From Octopus vulgaris (lineage: Eukaryota), in assembly GCA_951406725.2 (NCBI GenBank), contig OX597833.1, positions 5,518,001 to 5,582,000 on the forward strand: a DNA stretch of 64,000 nucleotides. The letters are read 5' to 3'. The first letter of the stretch is position 1. Every line of letters begins with the position of its first letter. The translations under genes and the position numbers were made by a program. Below are positions 28,281 to 58,273 of this stretch, in pieces. The notes under the pieces are model-generated. The model saw only the letters and a program-made list of their open reading frames with translations, was not told the DNA's origin and made no database searches.

Positions 28281-28700
28281 AGTAGTGGTGGGGTAGGAGG
28301 AGAGTATGACGACGACGACGACGAATATGACGCGTTATGGTAGAGGAGGTAGTAGTAAACAGTGGGAGGAGAAAAAGGAGAAGGAGGAGGAGGTGGAGAA
28401 GAAGGAGGAGGAGAAGAAGACAAAGGAGGAGGAGGATGAGAAGAAGAAGAAGATGATGATGATGAAGAAGAAGATGATGATGAAGAAGAAGAAGAAGAAG
28501 AAGAAGATGATGATGATGATGATGATGATGAAGAAGAAGAAGAAGAAGAAGAAGAAGAAGAAGAAGAAGAAGAAGAAGAAGAAGAAGAATGAGAAGAAGA
28601 AGAAGAAGAAGAAGAAGAAGAAGAAGAAGAAGAAGAAGAAGAAGAAGAAGAAGAAGAAGAAGAAGAAGAAGAAGAAGAAGAAGAAGAAGAAGAAGAAAAG
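28053..28700. repeat. Compound triplet array ending in long (GAA)n
   Basis: (TAG)n, (TTG)n, (GAG)n, (GAT)n and (AAG)n tracts. Confidence 0.95.
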
Positions 28701-29234
28701 ACAATGACATCTGATTTATTTCGCACTGGTTTAAGCAATCTTTCCTTCCACCCTACCCACCCCGAATACCCACGCCAACCCTCAAATCCCTCATACCCCA
28801 CGACCACCCCCACCGACATACTCGACTCCGCCATTCTGTGACCTTTTCCTTGTTATTTCTGTCAATGCTGGAAGCTAAAGACCAAAGTTATCTGAACAGC
28901 TGGAACTCTGTAAAAGATTGTGTCAGTTCGCAATATATCCATTTATTCTTCAGAAGAACTGCTCTGATGTCTTTGAGATACAGGAACCACTCTGAGAAGT
29001 GTGCCAATTACTAATTACGGCGCTCCCATACTTAGGCATCAATGCAGGAATAACTGGGATCCTTATGTCCCCTTTTTACAAGCAAGTAACTTTGGCAAAT
29101 TAAGCGAATTGACTCTACGTGGAAATTTAACATGGACGCGACTGGGTCTAAAGTCCGTTTTCTCATTATAATAATTCCACTTGAGAGAATAATTTCTTTT
29201 TTTCTCTCATACACATACATAGACACATATTCTT

Positions 29235-29606
29235 TTTTTTTTTATTTGTTTCAGTCCTTTGACTGCAGCCATGCTGGAGCACCGCCTTTAGTCGACCGAA
29301 TCTAACCCAAGACTTATTCTTTGTAAGCCTAGAACTTATTCTATCGGCTCCCTTTTGCTGAACCGCTAACTTACGGAGACATAGACACATACATATATAT
29401 ATATATACATATACATAATATATATGGCGATGATATATATATATATATATATATATGACTTTCAGTTTCTGTCTAACAAATCTACTCACAAGGTTTTGGT
29501 CCGCCTAGGCTATAGTAGAAGACAATTGCCCAAGGTGTCATGCAGTGGAACTGAACCCGGAGCATTGTGATTCGTAAGCAAGCTACTTACCACACAGCCA
29601 CTCCTG
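29235..29606 (-). mobile_element. SINE family A, diverged copy
   Basis: Same head, core and tail in reverse orientation. Confidence 0.8.
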
Positions 29607-29614
29607 TATGTATG

Positions 29615-29692
<78 letters not shown>

Positions 29693-29944
29693 GTGAGAAT
29701 TTACAAAAAAAAAAGACGATGACGGGTGTGTAAACAACAAACAGATGTATTAGTTTAACGCTCGAGAATTGAGAAAGTCTTTTACGTTTCGAACCTACGC
29801 TATTAAGCAGAAAGGAATACAGAAATAAACAAGGAGTGAAAATTGAAAAAGGTTTAGTGGCTAGCGATCTATCACACACACACAGTGACACCTCGCAGTG
29901 CAATTTTAATTCCATGACCGAGCTCGTCTTACGATTTATATATT

Positions 29945-30346
29945 TTACTTCTTTCAGTCATTTGACTGCAGCCATGCTGGAGCACCGCCTTTAGTCGAGC
30001 AAATCGACCCCGGGACTTATTCTTTGTAAGCCCAGTACTTATTCTATCGGTCTCTTTTGCCGAACAGCTAAGTGACGGGGACGTAAACACACCAGCATCG
30101 GTTGTCAAGCAATGCTAGGAGGACAAACACAGACACACAAACACACACACACATACATACATATATATATATATACATATATACGACAGGCTTCTTTCAG
30201 TTTCCGTCTACCAAATCCACTCACAAGGCATTTGTCGACCCGGGGCTATAGCAGAAGACACTTGCCAAAGATGCCACGCAGTGGGACTGAACCCGGAACC
30301 ATGTGGTTGGTTAGCAAGCTACTCACGACACAGCCACTCCTGCGCC
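29945..30346 (-). mobile_element. SINE family A, full length
   Basis: Reverse complement of the 38428-38830 copy. Confidence 0.88.
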
Positions 30347-31802
30347 TATATATATTAGAATGATATCCGATGTGTGTGTGTGTGTGTGTGTTTTGTAATC
30401 ACCTGTTTCAGAATCACTGAGATAGACACAACTCTGTTTTCAGTTTTATTTACTAAATAAAATATGTATATTCAATTCCGTTTCTCAATTCGTCGAGACT
30501 AGTCCCATCCCAATCCCACCCCGAAAACCCCTCCCCAGACCGAAGTGCTTGGCTCGGTTGTTCTAATTCTTCATCTTCACTTTTATTTCCATATTTATTT
30601 TATTTTTTTTATTCATTCATAAAACCGGAAGTGTTCATGTCCCCGGCATCATTATTAACCTGGTGCCAGAGAGGACCAACAGGTGACCATGTTGCCGCCA
30701 GTCCAGCAGAGAAACGGAATCATTATTATTATTATATGACATGAAGAATCAGTTAATTTCACCCCAGAAATTACTGTCAGATGTTGCTGCTGCCCCGCCG
30801 CCCTGTTACCACTTGCTGCCACTCAGCCACCGCCACATCTGGACGATTCCATTTTTTTTTCACCTTCCGATAAATGGTTATTTTATTGGTTATGTGTAAG
30901 GTTTATAACTTCCACTACAACCACCACCACCACCACCACCACCACCACCAACATCATCCCCATCACCACGGCCGTTACTACCTACCACCGCTACCACCAC
31001 CGCCACCACCACCATTGCTACTGCTATCAGTTTCCCCACCACCACCGATACCTCAACGCTACTATCATAATCACCAAGGCTACAACAACAAATATCACCA
31101 CCTCTACCACCACCTCTACCACCACCATCACAACTATTATCATTATCACTACTAGTTTATAAGCACTACTATATCACCATGACTACCATAGACTCCACTA
31201 CTACCGCAACCACAACACTATCAACGCAGCAATAACAACAGCACTGCTACAGCTAGTACTGGCATCAACTCCACCACTCTCGCTAGCGCCAACACAACAA
31301 CACTGCTACGAACATATCACTATCACCACATGCACTCTTACCGCCACCACTACCACAAACACTACTACCACCACCACCACCATCATCACAACTACCACTA
31401 CCACCACCGCCACCACCACCACCACAAACACTGCCAATATTATACTACTATCACCACTAGTACAATCGTCGCCACTACGCAACATGCCATACCTTAGAAA
31501 GGGGTCAGAGAGGTGAGAGCTATTTAATTCCACCTTAGTTCCTGTTTCTTCAATTATGATTCGGGAGCGGAAGTAGCCAACCCCCCTCCCCATGTCTGAT
31601 AATTTTTTTTGTGTGTCTGATAATTACTGAGTGTTTAATTAGTACAGACACAATTTATGAGAGACACGGTAGAAAGATGGTGGTGGTGGTGGTGGTGGTG
31701 GTGGTGGTGGTGGTGGTTGGATGAGGATGATGAAGATGGTGAGGAGCCCCCTCTAACGATGATATATATTAAATTACGAATTGAAAATAGCTCCAGTAAT
31801 GT

Positions 31803-32352
31803 AGGCATGATCGGGGCTCAGTGGTTAGGTCATGAGGTACTGAGTTCGATTCCCGGACCCAGCTGTGCATTGTGTTCCTGAGCAAGACACTTTATTTCAC
31901 TCAGTTGTAGAAATGAGTTGCGACATCACTGGTGCCAAGCTGTATCGGCCCCTTTTCCTTTCCCTTGGATAACATCGTTGAGAGGGGAGGCTAGTTGGCC
32001 TCCCATGAAACAACCTCGCGGTCATTCATGACCGAATGGGGACTTTACTCTCTTACCTTTACCTTTTTTTATAGCCTGCTTTAATAAGTGTTAGCTCCGT
32101 GGACAGGAAAAATAAAGATTAGCCGGACAAGTTTCAATCCTATGTTGGGATGTCATTAGTGATGGAATTACTACCTGCGACATCACTGACGCCAAGCTGT
32201 ATCGGCCCCTTTTCCTTTCCCTTGTATAACATCGTGGAGAAGGGAAGCTGGTGTGCATGGGCGTCTGCTGGCCTTCCATAAACAACCTTGCCCCGAAATG
32301 AGTATCGGAAGGTAACTTTCTAGGTGCAATCCTATGGTCATTCATGACCGAA
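31803..32352 (+). mobile_element. SINE family D (tRNA-like head, tgagcaagacactt core) plus a second partial copy
   Basis: ggctcagtggttag...gagttcgattcccgg. Segment gcgacatcactg-gccaagctgtatcggccccttttcctttcccttg...gtcattcatgaccgaa occurs twice. Related fragments at about 19400-19520, 24010-24075 and 62255-62400. Confidence 0.7.
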
Positions 32353-32359
32353 GTTTGTG

Positions 32360-32411
<52 letters not shown>

Positions 32412-32435
32412 TTTATCGTCGGATATCTTGACGAG

Positions 32436-32813
32436 CATCAGGACAATGCGTGACCCCACACTGCAAAGATCACATCACAGAAGATCGAAGAGCTTGGTTG
32501 GGAAAAATTCCTCATCCACCCTATTCTCCCGACCTTGCTCCTTCAGACTACCCTTTGTTTCGTAGTTTACAGAATCATTTGGGGAACATAACTTTCTCAA
32601 ACCAGGAGGAGGTCGAAACTGACATTTCAGAGTTCTTCGCTTTGAAACCAAAACAGTTTTGCATTGATGGGATTAAAAAGCTTGTAAATAGATGGAAGGA
32701 AGCCATAGATAATCAGGGAAAGTACATTGATGATTAAATTTCAATTAAATATAACATTTGATCACTTGTTTTCTTTTTTCAAAATTTGAACAGAACTTAT
32801 GGGATGACCTCAT
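32436..32813 (+). pseudogene. Mariner (DD34D-type) transposase C-terminal relic with right TIR
   Basis: HQDNA*PH..TAKITSQKIEELGW/KIPHPPYSPDLAPSDYPLFRSLQ...DGIKKLVNRW...GKYIDD*, with one stop and one frameshift. TIR-like agaacttatgggatgacctcaTA at 32792-32814. Confidence 0.92.
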
Positions 32814-33218
32814 ATATGTATACGTCTGTATGTACATATATGTATGTATATATGCCTATATATTATTTATATTATTATATGTGTGTGTATGTATATATAT
32901 ATATATATATATATACTCTTTAATTTGTGTCATTTGACTGCAGCCATGCTGGAAAACGGCCTTTAGTCGAACAAATCGACCGCAGAACTTATTCTTTGTA
33001 CGCCTAGTACTTATTCTATCGGCTCCCTTTTGCCGTACCGCTAGGTTACAGGGATGTAGACGCGAAACTCTGTAATACTTTTCATCAGTCGGTTCCTATC
33101 TTCCTCCCCCACATACTTCAAATATTCTACAATATCCTTTCCAATCCGTTGTTCCGTAATATTGTAATTAATCCCATTACCCAACCCAGAGATCCCACTA
33201 TTTTATATAACCATAGCA

Positions 33219-33257
<39 letters not shown>

Positions 33258-33591
33258 TTCATCAAAACATCCTTTTTTCCCTCGTATTAGATATATATAT
33301 CCCTGTTATCTAACATCATCTTACAGTTCTATACTCGCGCTAACTCACCGACTAACCATTTTTCCACACCTCATTACCATCGCCTGTGTATCCTGTTCCC
33401 TGAAGGGTTTTACTTATCTTCCGCTCTACAAAATGGCGGCGCTGTTTGTGTTGTCTTCATTACAAGCCGAACACACAAGCAACATTATTAACTCACCTTC
33501 AGTTACTTTGATGTATATATTTTTTTGATCCGCTCTTTAGAAATCTATAAGAAAACTTCTAAAATTCCTCTGTGTGTGTGTGTGTCTGTAT

Positions 33592-34022
33592 TCCTTTACT
33601 TGTTCCAGCCATTTTGACTGCGGCCATGATGGAGTACCGCTTTTTAGTAAGCCTGGTGCTTATTCCATCGATGTTTTTTTGCCGAACCGCTAGTTTACGG
33701 GGATGTGAACACACCAAGATCGGTTGTCAAGCGATGGGGAGGGGGACAAACACATACACACACATACGCACGAGCTGGCAGACACGTTAGCGCGCCGGGC
33801 GGAATGCTTAGCGGTATTTCGTCTGCATTACGTTGTGAGTTCAAATTCCGCCGAGGTCGTCTTTGCCTTTCATCCTTTCGGGGTCGATTAAATAAAAGTA
33901 CCAGTTTCGCACTGGAGTCGATTAATCGACTTAATCCCTTTGTCTGTCCTTGTTTGTCCTTTCTATGTTTAGCCCCTTGTGGGCAATAAAGAAATATATA
34001 TATACGACGGGCTTCTTTCAGT
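33592..34022. mobile_element. SINE A (- strand) interrupted by SINE B (+ strand, about 33771-33994)
   Basis: A tail, then a full B copy in the internal (CA)/(TA) tract, then A core resumes at tatacgacgggcttctttcag. Confidence 0.72.
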
Positions 34023-34023
34023 C

Positions 34024-34101
<78 letters not shown>

Positions 34102-34405
34102 ATTTATCTATCCACCTCTCTCTCATCGTCTCTCTCTCACTCTCTCTTGATATATATAAATCTATACCTATATCGATCTATATATATGTGTGTGTGTTTG
34201 TGTGTCTGTGTGTGTATCCCTATGTGCGTGTTTATCCCCGTAACTTGGTGGTTCGACTAAAATTTATCGATGGGATGAGTAATAGGCTTGCAAACAATAA
34301 GTCCTGGGGTCGATTTCTTCGATAAAAAAAAACCTTTAAGGCGGTGCTCCAGTATGGCTGCAATCAACATGACTGAAGCAATTAAAAGACTAAAAGACAC
34401 ACATT

Positions 34406-34459
<54 letters not shown>

Positions 34460-34969
34460 CACACACACACAAGCTTTAAATAAGGCTACCAGTGGCTTTT
34501 GATAGGTCGGTGCTCTGCTGCTTCTGAGACACAACTCAGGACTAGATCAAACCAGCTGGGTTAATTGGGAAAAGGCACCTGATGTTGAAAAATCCAAAAC
34601 ACCTGAAACCCCAGAAATATACCAGGGTATGCATGACCAAACTGTATTATATTATTTATGGTGCTACATGTACCCCTCTGTGTTTTTAAATGCTCTCGGC
34701 CATAAGGAAACATTTCATTTAAATGGCTTCGAGGAAGCTATAAGATGTCGCTTGTGCACTTAGCTCTGAGTACACGGTTATTTATAGCAGAAACAGCTGT
34801 GAGCAATTGAAAGCAATTATATAAATCTTGTTCTTTTGTCATTCGTTAATTGATATTAACGATCTCTAATTAACCTGGTGGATTGCTGTACAAATATATT
34901 GAGTTCTAAGAACAGATTTTTCGTTTAGCTATGGTTAAGTTGAACCATAAAACATAACACACGCACACG

Positions 34970-35015
<46 letters not shown>

Positions 35016-35067
35016 TACACACACACATGCACACACTAATTGTGGCGTGCTAGAATGGTAATGAGTG

Positions 35068-35092
35068 GTAATGATGACGATGATGACGACGA

Positions 35093-35124
<32 letters not shown>

Positions 35125-35331
35125 ATGATGAGGGTGATGATGATGACGATGGTCATGATGATGATGGTGATGATGGTGGTGGTGGTGGTGGTGGTGGTGG
35201 TGGTGGTGGTGGTGATGATGATGATGGTGATGATGATGATGAAGATGATGATGATGATGATGATGAATGGTGATGATGGTGGTGGTGATGATGATGATGA
35301 TGATGATGATGATGGTGATGATGGTGATGAA

Positions 35332-35364
<33 letters not shown>

Positions 35365-35557
35365 GGTGGTGGTGGTGGTGATGATGATGATGGTGATGAT
35401 GATGAAGATGATGATGATGGTGATGATGAATGGTGATGATGGTGGTGATGATGATGATGATGATGATGATGATGGTGATGATGGTGATGATGATGATGAT
35501 GATGATGATGAATGGTGATGATGGTGGTGGTGATGATGATGGTGGTGGTGGTGGTGG

Positions 35558-35589
<32 letters not shown>

Positions 35590-35605
35590 GTGATGATGGT
35601 GATGA

Positions 35606-35639
<34 letters not shown>

Positions 35640-35662
35640 GGTGATGGTGATGATGATGATGG

Positions 35663-35718
<56 letters not shown>

Positions 35719-35734
35719 GTGGTGGTGATGATGG

Positions 35735-35795
<61 letters not shown>

Positions 35796-35803
35796 GATGA
35801 TGG

Positions 35804-35835
<32 letters not shown>

Positions 35836-35845
35836 GTGATGATGG
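35068..35845. repeat. (GAT/GGT)n array with higher-order periodicity
   Basis: Recurring gaatggtgatgatggtggt junctions at about 35265, 35428 and 35510. Confidence 0.95.
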
Positions 35846-36659
35846 CTCCTACATCAACTGATTTTCTAGTCAACTAGAGGTTTATTCCAATACCACCGGT
35901 TTCCACACCTAAGATACGCAAGATAACAATTGCTTTGTGCTATCTGTGTTGTTGTTGTTGTTAATATTATTGTTATTATTGTCATTGTTCTTGTTGTTGT
36001 TCATGTTGTTGACGCCGATGTCGTTATTATTGCCGTCGTTGAAGTTTCTTTTTTCTTCTTCTTCTTCCTCTCCCTCTTCCTTGTATTTTCACAGCTGTTT
36101 CGTATGTTCTTTATTATCATTATTTTGCAATAACAAACGTACAGATGGCACGGAAAGCGTGTGTCTATATGCACATATACGCTTTGTATATATATATATG
36201 TGTTGTTTGTGTGTGTTTGAGAGAGGGGGACGACGAGTGAGATAAAAGAACGAGGGTAGCGAAAGAGGAAAAAGAAAAGAAATAACGAAGGGTTACAACT
36301 ACAACAATAACAACAGCAACAAAGGGGTGTGGATCCGTTGTTCTGCATCAACCAGATGATGGAGCCTTTGTACATCATATATTGATGAGGTGTGTAATTA
36401 TAATAATGGGTTGCGCATCCAGAGTGCTTTTCTGGTAATTGACAGAGAAACAACTCAAAGCACGGGGCTGGAATGTAAAAACAAGAGTTAAAATACAAAT
36501 AAAATAAAAAGAAATAAGAAAAAAAAATTAAAAAGTTTTACATGAGATTGATTTCGGTTTAAAATAAGAAGGAAATGAAAATAAAATAAATATAAAAGAA
36601 AATAAAAATAAACAAATTAAAATAATGTAAACTTAGAAGTTTAAGATTATCTCCGCGTG

Positions 36660-36695
<36 letters not shown>

Positions 36696-37775
36696 GTGAG
36701 CGAGAGCGTATGTGTGAGTGTGTGTGTCGGTGTATGTGTGTGTGTGCATGCATGTGTGTGCGTGTGCATGCATATGTGTGTGTGTGTGTGTATTTGTCGG
36801 TTAATCCCCCAAGCTTGATAAACGTTTTAGAAAAACTAATTTTGTAGCATTTGCACAACTGCACACCCACGTACACGTGGAATCGAACCCGGGGACGTTG
36901 TGGTCATGAACCAAACTTCTTTACCATTCGGCCATCCCGACATATGCGTGTGTGTTTATAATAACACGGGTTTGAAATTTCGGGACAAACCCAGCAATAT
37001 CAGGGGACGGGTAGGGTAAGTCGATTACATCGACCCCAGTGCATAACTGGTACGTACTTTCATCGAGCCCAATTTGAAACCAATTTTATTGTAGACACAC
37101 GCACATGTGCCGGCGGTGGCCGAGTGGTAAAGAAGTTGGTCCATAACCAGAAGGTCTCGGGTTCGATTCCACTGCATAGCATCGATATCCTCAGGTCAGC
37201 TCATACATTCGGAGTAAAATTGTGTAGACGGAGAGGATTATACTGGTTGTTCAGTTGGCACTGCATTGTTACACATTGTGTCTTATAAAGTCTGCCTGAA
37301 AATTGCCTAAGGAATACTCGGCCACTTACACGCTAATTCAGGAGCAAACGATTCAGTTGATTGCACAACTGAATAATTTTCGTCGAACGACGGAGATCCG
37401 CCAGCACCACCACCATTACAAACACCACCATCACCACCACCACCACTACAAACAGCATCACCACCAACACCACCACCACAAACACCACCATCGGCACCGC
37501 CACCACCACAACCACCACAAACACTACCACCACAAACACCACCACTACCACTACAAAAAGCAACACCACCACTACCACTAACATTTCAAACACTACCACC
37601 ACCCACAAATACCACTACTTTTCACAACACTCTGCGAGCTAAACTTTTCTTAGTCAATCTCAATTTAAATTGCATTTATTATAATTATTACTAATTTGTG
37701 TTAATTATCTTTAATGAAGCGTGGGTTTTTCTGCATCGGTGAATAATGTCTGAAATATTCATTTGTCTTTTACAG

Positions 37776-52731
<14,956 letters not shown>

Positions 52732-54321
52732 GAATGCCAGAAACCAAAAAGCATGTTTGATGATGAACTCCGACTAAACGCCCTCCCCTTCCCCACCTCC
52801 GCTGCCTTCCTTAATAGTTTGGAAGACACAGTGAAACGTCTACACTGATGCACAGCAAAGACAGAGAAATACAACGCACATATAAAATATATGAGTAATC
52901 CACACATTACAGAAAAAAAAATCTTTTTGTGTCTTCCAGTTTTTTTAATTTTTTAAATAATATTTTACTTCAATGTTTGACATATACATTCATATACATA
53001 AATATATATATATTAAAAAAAAACAAACCCAGAAAATACAGTTTTGAAAAGCCCAACAAACTCATAAACGGATGTAAAAATAGAATTGAAAAAAAAAAAG
53101 TCAGTTCAGAATTCCGGGACATAGTTTACGGATGAGTAAAATCTGTTTCGAACTTGAATTTTTACTGTAAAATATACGAGAGGGGACGTATATGTTCCCT
53201 ACTCTTCTGATTTAAAAAAAATTTGTCGTGTTTACAATGAGTTACAAGTTTTTTTGCTCTAACATGGAATATATGCATGATCCAATTTTTGAAAAAAAAA
53301 GAAAAAAAAAAAGACTCAGGGAGAAACATGACAAAATTATATTTCAGACTTAAAATACAAAAAAAAAATTTAAGAATAAAATAATAATAATAAGCGACTA
53401 AAAAAGAAAATTTCTCATCAAAATTACAAAATTGATTCCAGATTGAGACGAAAGAAATACGATCGCTTAATATGATCAACTAGTTTTTAATTGTAATTCA
53501 GCATTAACAGGAACCAAAACAAAATAAAAGAAATTGTACATACACACACACACACATACACACACACACACACATACATACATACATACATACATACATT
53601 CATACATACATACATACATATATATTACTTTTATAGATATTACTTTTATAGATATTTGCATATATATGTATATATATATATATATATGTATATTGTATAC
53701 GTATGTATGTGCATGTATATATAGATATATGCACACACACACTTACACACACACACATACACACACACACTTACACACACACACACACACACATGCATGC
53801 AATGATTGCGTGTTTAATGAAGCTGCTATTAATTAAATGGCCATTTGTATATTCGAGTTACGAACGATCACGACACGAGTCGGTGGTTAGAACCAAATCG
53901 TGTTTCGTCCCTTTATGGTATACAATGAAAATACAAAGCGTTTCAGGTTACGTAAAGATGACGTTTCTGAAAAATCGTGCCGTAATGTAAAAATCCCGTA
54001 TCGTGAAACAATTTCCTTGTTGACTTCTATATCATATAAAAGTCAATGGAAAAGAGGTTTCGCGTTATGGTACGGAAATTCCATTTTACGACAAGATTAT
54101 TTAGGAAGCCTACGTTTCTATGATATAAACGATATCTTCATTAGATAATAAATTTTCAGATCGTAAAATATGTACAGAAAAATTAGAAAATTATACAAAC
54201 TGGCAAAATTCACCTTATAAGTCTCGGATATGCAAAGAGTGGGGGTTCCACGCAGGAAAAAAATATAGGAAAATGTGTTGTTGAAAATGCAACTAAATTT
54301 GAAAAAATCGTAAATACTCTT

Positions 54322-54710
54322 ACTCTCTTTTTCTCTATTACTTGTTTCAGTCATTTGACTGCGGCCATGCTGGAGCACCGCCTTTAATCGAGCAACTCGA
54401 CCCCGGGACTTATTCTTTTTGTAAGCCCTGTACTTATTCTATCGGTCTCTTTTTGCCGAATCGCTAAGTAACGGGGACATAAACACACCAGCATCGGTTG
54501 TCAAGCAATGCTAGGGGGACAAACACTGACACACACACATATATATATACATATATACGACAGGCTTCTTTCAGTTTCCGTCTACCAAATCCACTCACAA
54601 GGCTTTGGTCGGCCCGAGGCTATAGCAGAAGACACTTGCCCAAGGTGCCACGCAGTGGACTGAACCCGGAACCATGTGGTTGGTTAGCAAGCTACTTACC
54701 ACGCAGCCAC
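54322..54710 (-). mobile_element. SINE family A
   Basis: Reverse complement of the family consensus seen elsewhere in the window. Confidence 0.87.
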
Positions 54711-54902
54711 AGTTTAAAATGCATTTATTTACATAATGTACCAAACTAGTTTCAACAATATTTTTTTGTTGATCAATGGTAAAAGTTTAAAGTTATAAAT
54801 TAGAAAAACATCTTTTGTTTATTTTAAACATTTACGAGTTTTTGAAAGTTAGGTGCATTTTCAACAACACATTTTCCTATATATACATATACATATATAT
54901 AT

Positions 54903-54954
<52 letters not shown>

Positions 54955-55271
54955 CACATATATATATATATGCTTTTATAAATATATCGTATGCATATTG
55001 TTGAAAGTCGGAGATTGCTCTGGTCATCTGGGAAAAGATCTTGCTATGGACGTATTTTGTTAAAAACACAATATACATAAGGGTTAGACGAAACGAAATC
55101 GTCCCGATAACAACTGCGAGAGTGAGTTTCTGATCTTTCAGCGATGCACATACATTAAGTAGGTCATATAGATGAAATTTTAATCTAGAGTAGCTTCTAT
55201 TGCTTATCTGAATAAATAAATACATACATACACACACACATACATACATACATACATACATACATACATAC

Positions 55272-55855
55272 TCTTTTACTTGTTTCAGTCATTTGACTGC
55301 GGCCATGCTGGAGCACCGCCTTAAATCGGCCCCAGGAGTTATTCTTTGTAAGCCTCGTACTTATTCTATCGGTCTGTTTTGCCGAACCGCTAAGTTATGG
55401 GGACATAAACATACCAGCACCGATTGTCAAGCGATGGAGGAGAGACAAACACAGATACACACACGCACATACACATACACACACACACACATATATTTCT
55501 TTATTGCCCACAGGAGGCTAAACACAGAGGGGACAAACAATGACAGACAAAGCGATTAAGTCGGTTACATAGACCCCAGTGCAGAACTGGTACTTATTTA
55601 ATCTACCCCGAAAGGATGAAAGACAACGTCGACCTCGGCGGAATTTGAACTTAGAATGTAACGGCAGCCGAAATACCGCTACGCATTGCGGCCGGACTGC
55701 TAACGATTCTGCCAGCTCACTGCCTACATCTATGCACAAGGCTTTGGTTGGTCCGAGGCTATAGTAAAAAATACTGCTCGAGGTGCCACGCAGTGGGACT
55801 GAACCCGGAACCATGTGCTTGGTAAGCAATCTTCTAACCACACAGCCACGCCTAC
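55272..55855 (-). mobile_element. SINE A interrupted by a nested SINE B (about 55495-55722)
   Basis: A tail at 55272-55450, B copy in the internal microsatellite, A head at 55735-55855. Confidence 0.75.
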
Positions 55856-56124
55856 ACATACACAGACATACATAAGGAAACGCTTATTGTGCAACAATAG
55901 CTCAGCCTTAGTTGAGAGAAAGTATAAACGGAGGAGTTAATGTTAATCTTTTCCGCTAATCTTTCTCTTCCTGTTTCTCAGTTGATGTCAGTTTCTAGCA
56001 AAGCATTGAGGAAACGGTCGGATATGAGTAAACAAATAAAACACCCACTCTATTGAACAGGTGTGAGTGTGTGTATGTGAATGTATATACATACATATGT
56101 GTAACATATGTATGTATGTGAATA

Positions 56125-56168
<44 letters not shown>

Positions 56169-56176
56169 TATACGTA

Positions 56177-56210
<34 letters not shown>

Positions 56211-56278
56211 CGTATATATGTATATATATATATATATACGTATATATATACGTATATATATACGTAAACATATACGTA

Positions 56279-56322
<44 letters not shown>

Positions 56323-56959
56323 TATATATGTATATATATATATATGTATATATATGTCAGTATGCATGTATGTATATATATATATACATACATACATACA
56401 TATATATATTATATATATATATTTACATATATACATATACATAGACACACACATACATTGTGCGCGTGTGTTTATTTAATAACAGGTTGACTCAGCTCGT
56501 ATGAAAGCTTCCTACGCACAATGTGTGTGAGTATATATATACATACATACATACATATATATATAATTCCTACAATACACCCTTACATAAGAATGTATGT
56601 GCATGTGTGTATATATATATGTGCCTATCTATGCATAAAAATGGATGCACTTATGTATGTACACGCATATTTGATATATTTATAAAAATATTTACATATA
56701 ATAATACTGTTAATTCACAATACTGGATCTTAATAGGGCAAATGCATACACATATGAATTCATCTTTTATTTTAGTGGATATATTATCTTTCTTGTATTT
56801 GATACTCAACTGAATTGGATGTCAATACACTTGATAAACCCTGAGACAAGTAACAGATCCTTCGTTGATCACATAACGGAGTGAGAAAAATTTACAAATT
56901 AAAACGGAAATAATCACGCAAGATCGCCAACGAATTTTCAATATTGTTAAATAATATTA

Positions 56960-56998
<39 letters not shown>

Positions 56999-58273
56999 AA
57001 TATTGTTATATACACGCACATATTGTAATGAATCATAATAAATTTTTTGGTAGGCAACCCAAGAATTGTAAGGTGATTTTCAAGAAATACTGAATATAAA
57101 TAATCGTGTTTGCCAAAATAGAATTTACAAAAATTCAAGCTTCTTAAGATTGTTATGCATATTACCATGCTTATTATTGTTAATAACATTATTATTATTA
57201 TTATTATTATTATCATTATTATCATTATTATTATTATTATTATCGATAAAAATGTATCATCTGAGACTGGTGTCGATCTATTAGACTAGCCCCTCCCCCC
57301 AAATTTTTGCCAATAGTAGAAAGGATTATTATTATTATTATCATTATTTTTATTATCATTATTTTTATTATTATTATTTTATTATTATCACGTATTGTAT
57401 TCTATTTGCCAGAAGAAAATTGAAGTTTGTAACAGAAAAATAAACAACACATTATCTGATGACTTGTACTTGTTTATTAATTGAACTCTCGTTAATTAAT
57501 ATAATGCTTGTTAATTATCTGTGTTAGTTAATTAGAAATCAGTGAAAAGAGAAAGACAGAACAGGAACACTTAACGGCTAAAAATATGTGATGTAATGAG
57601 CAAGAAAAGATAAAACAAGCGGGACAAGTTTGAACAAAAGTGTTTTAGCATAACGCTTCAGAGGAAAAGAGAGTACGTTTCGGATGTCAGTCCTTCATCA
57701 GAAAATGGAATGGAAAAGAAATGATAAGATAAGGTGGTGAACAAACAGGGAAAAAAGTAGTAATTCTCTAGAGGTGAGTAATAGAAGAGTTTAAAAGAGT
57801 AAACAAAACAATCTCCAAAACAAACAAACTCTCCAAAAAAAGAAATATTTTTGTCTAAAATACATTTTTGCTAAGTCTTAAAATATATAGATTTTTCTGA
57901 ATAAAACAATGTTTAGTGAATACACGAATGAAAATTTCTGGGGAATTAAATATAGAAAATAAAAAAATATAAAGTGAAAAATATAAATAATACACGTAAT
58001 TTAAAAGCTGAAGTTTAGTAAAAGATTAGAATGAACGAAGTCGAATGATGCTGAGAAAAAGTATCACACACATAAAAGTAGTGAACGCCCCAGCATGGCC
58101 ACAATCTAACGGCTGAAGCAAGTAGAAGATATGTACACATAGATAAATACACGCATATACATATATATATATACGTACCCATACACACACGTGCGTACAT
58201 ATGGGTACGGATGCAGAATTTCTTTGTAAATATCTTTTAGTGATGCCATAACATGACCCGACACTACCTTACC

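Noticed and set aside
28039-28834. Poly-Leu, poly-Ser and poly-Lys ORFs
   Set aside because: Artefacts of the (GAA)n array.
33429-33441. YY1-like / start-codon motif CAAAATGGCGGC (MAALFVLSSLQ...)
   Set aside because: No phase-1 donor follows and it lies between SINE fragments in probable repeat DNA.
34935-35877. 312-aa poly-Ile/His/Ser ORF and antisense poly-Asp/Met ORFs
   Set aside because: Triplet repeats are open in several frames on both strands; no unique coding sequence.
53375-53380. AATAAA as the Shisa poly(A) signal
   Set aside because: The hexamer is too common in this AT-rich region to assign without 3'-end data.
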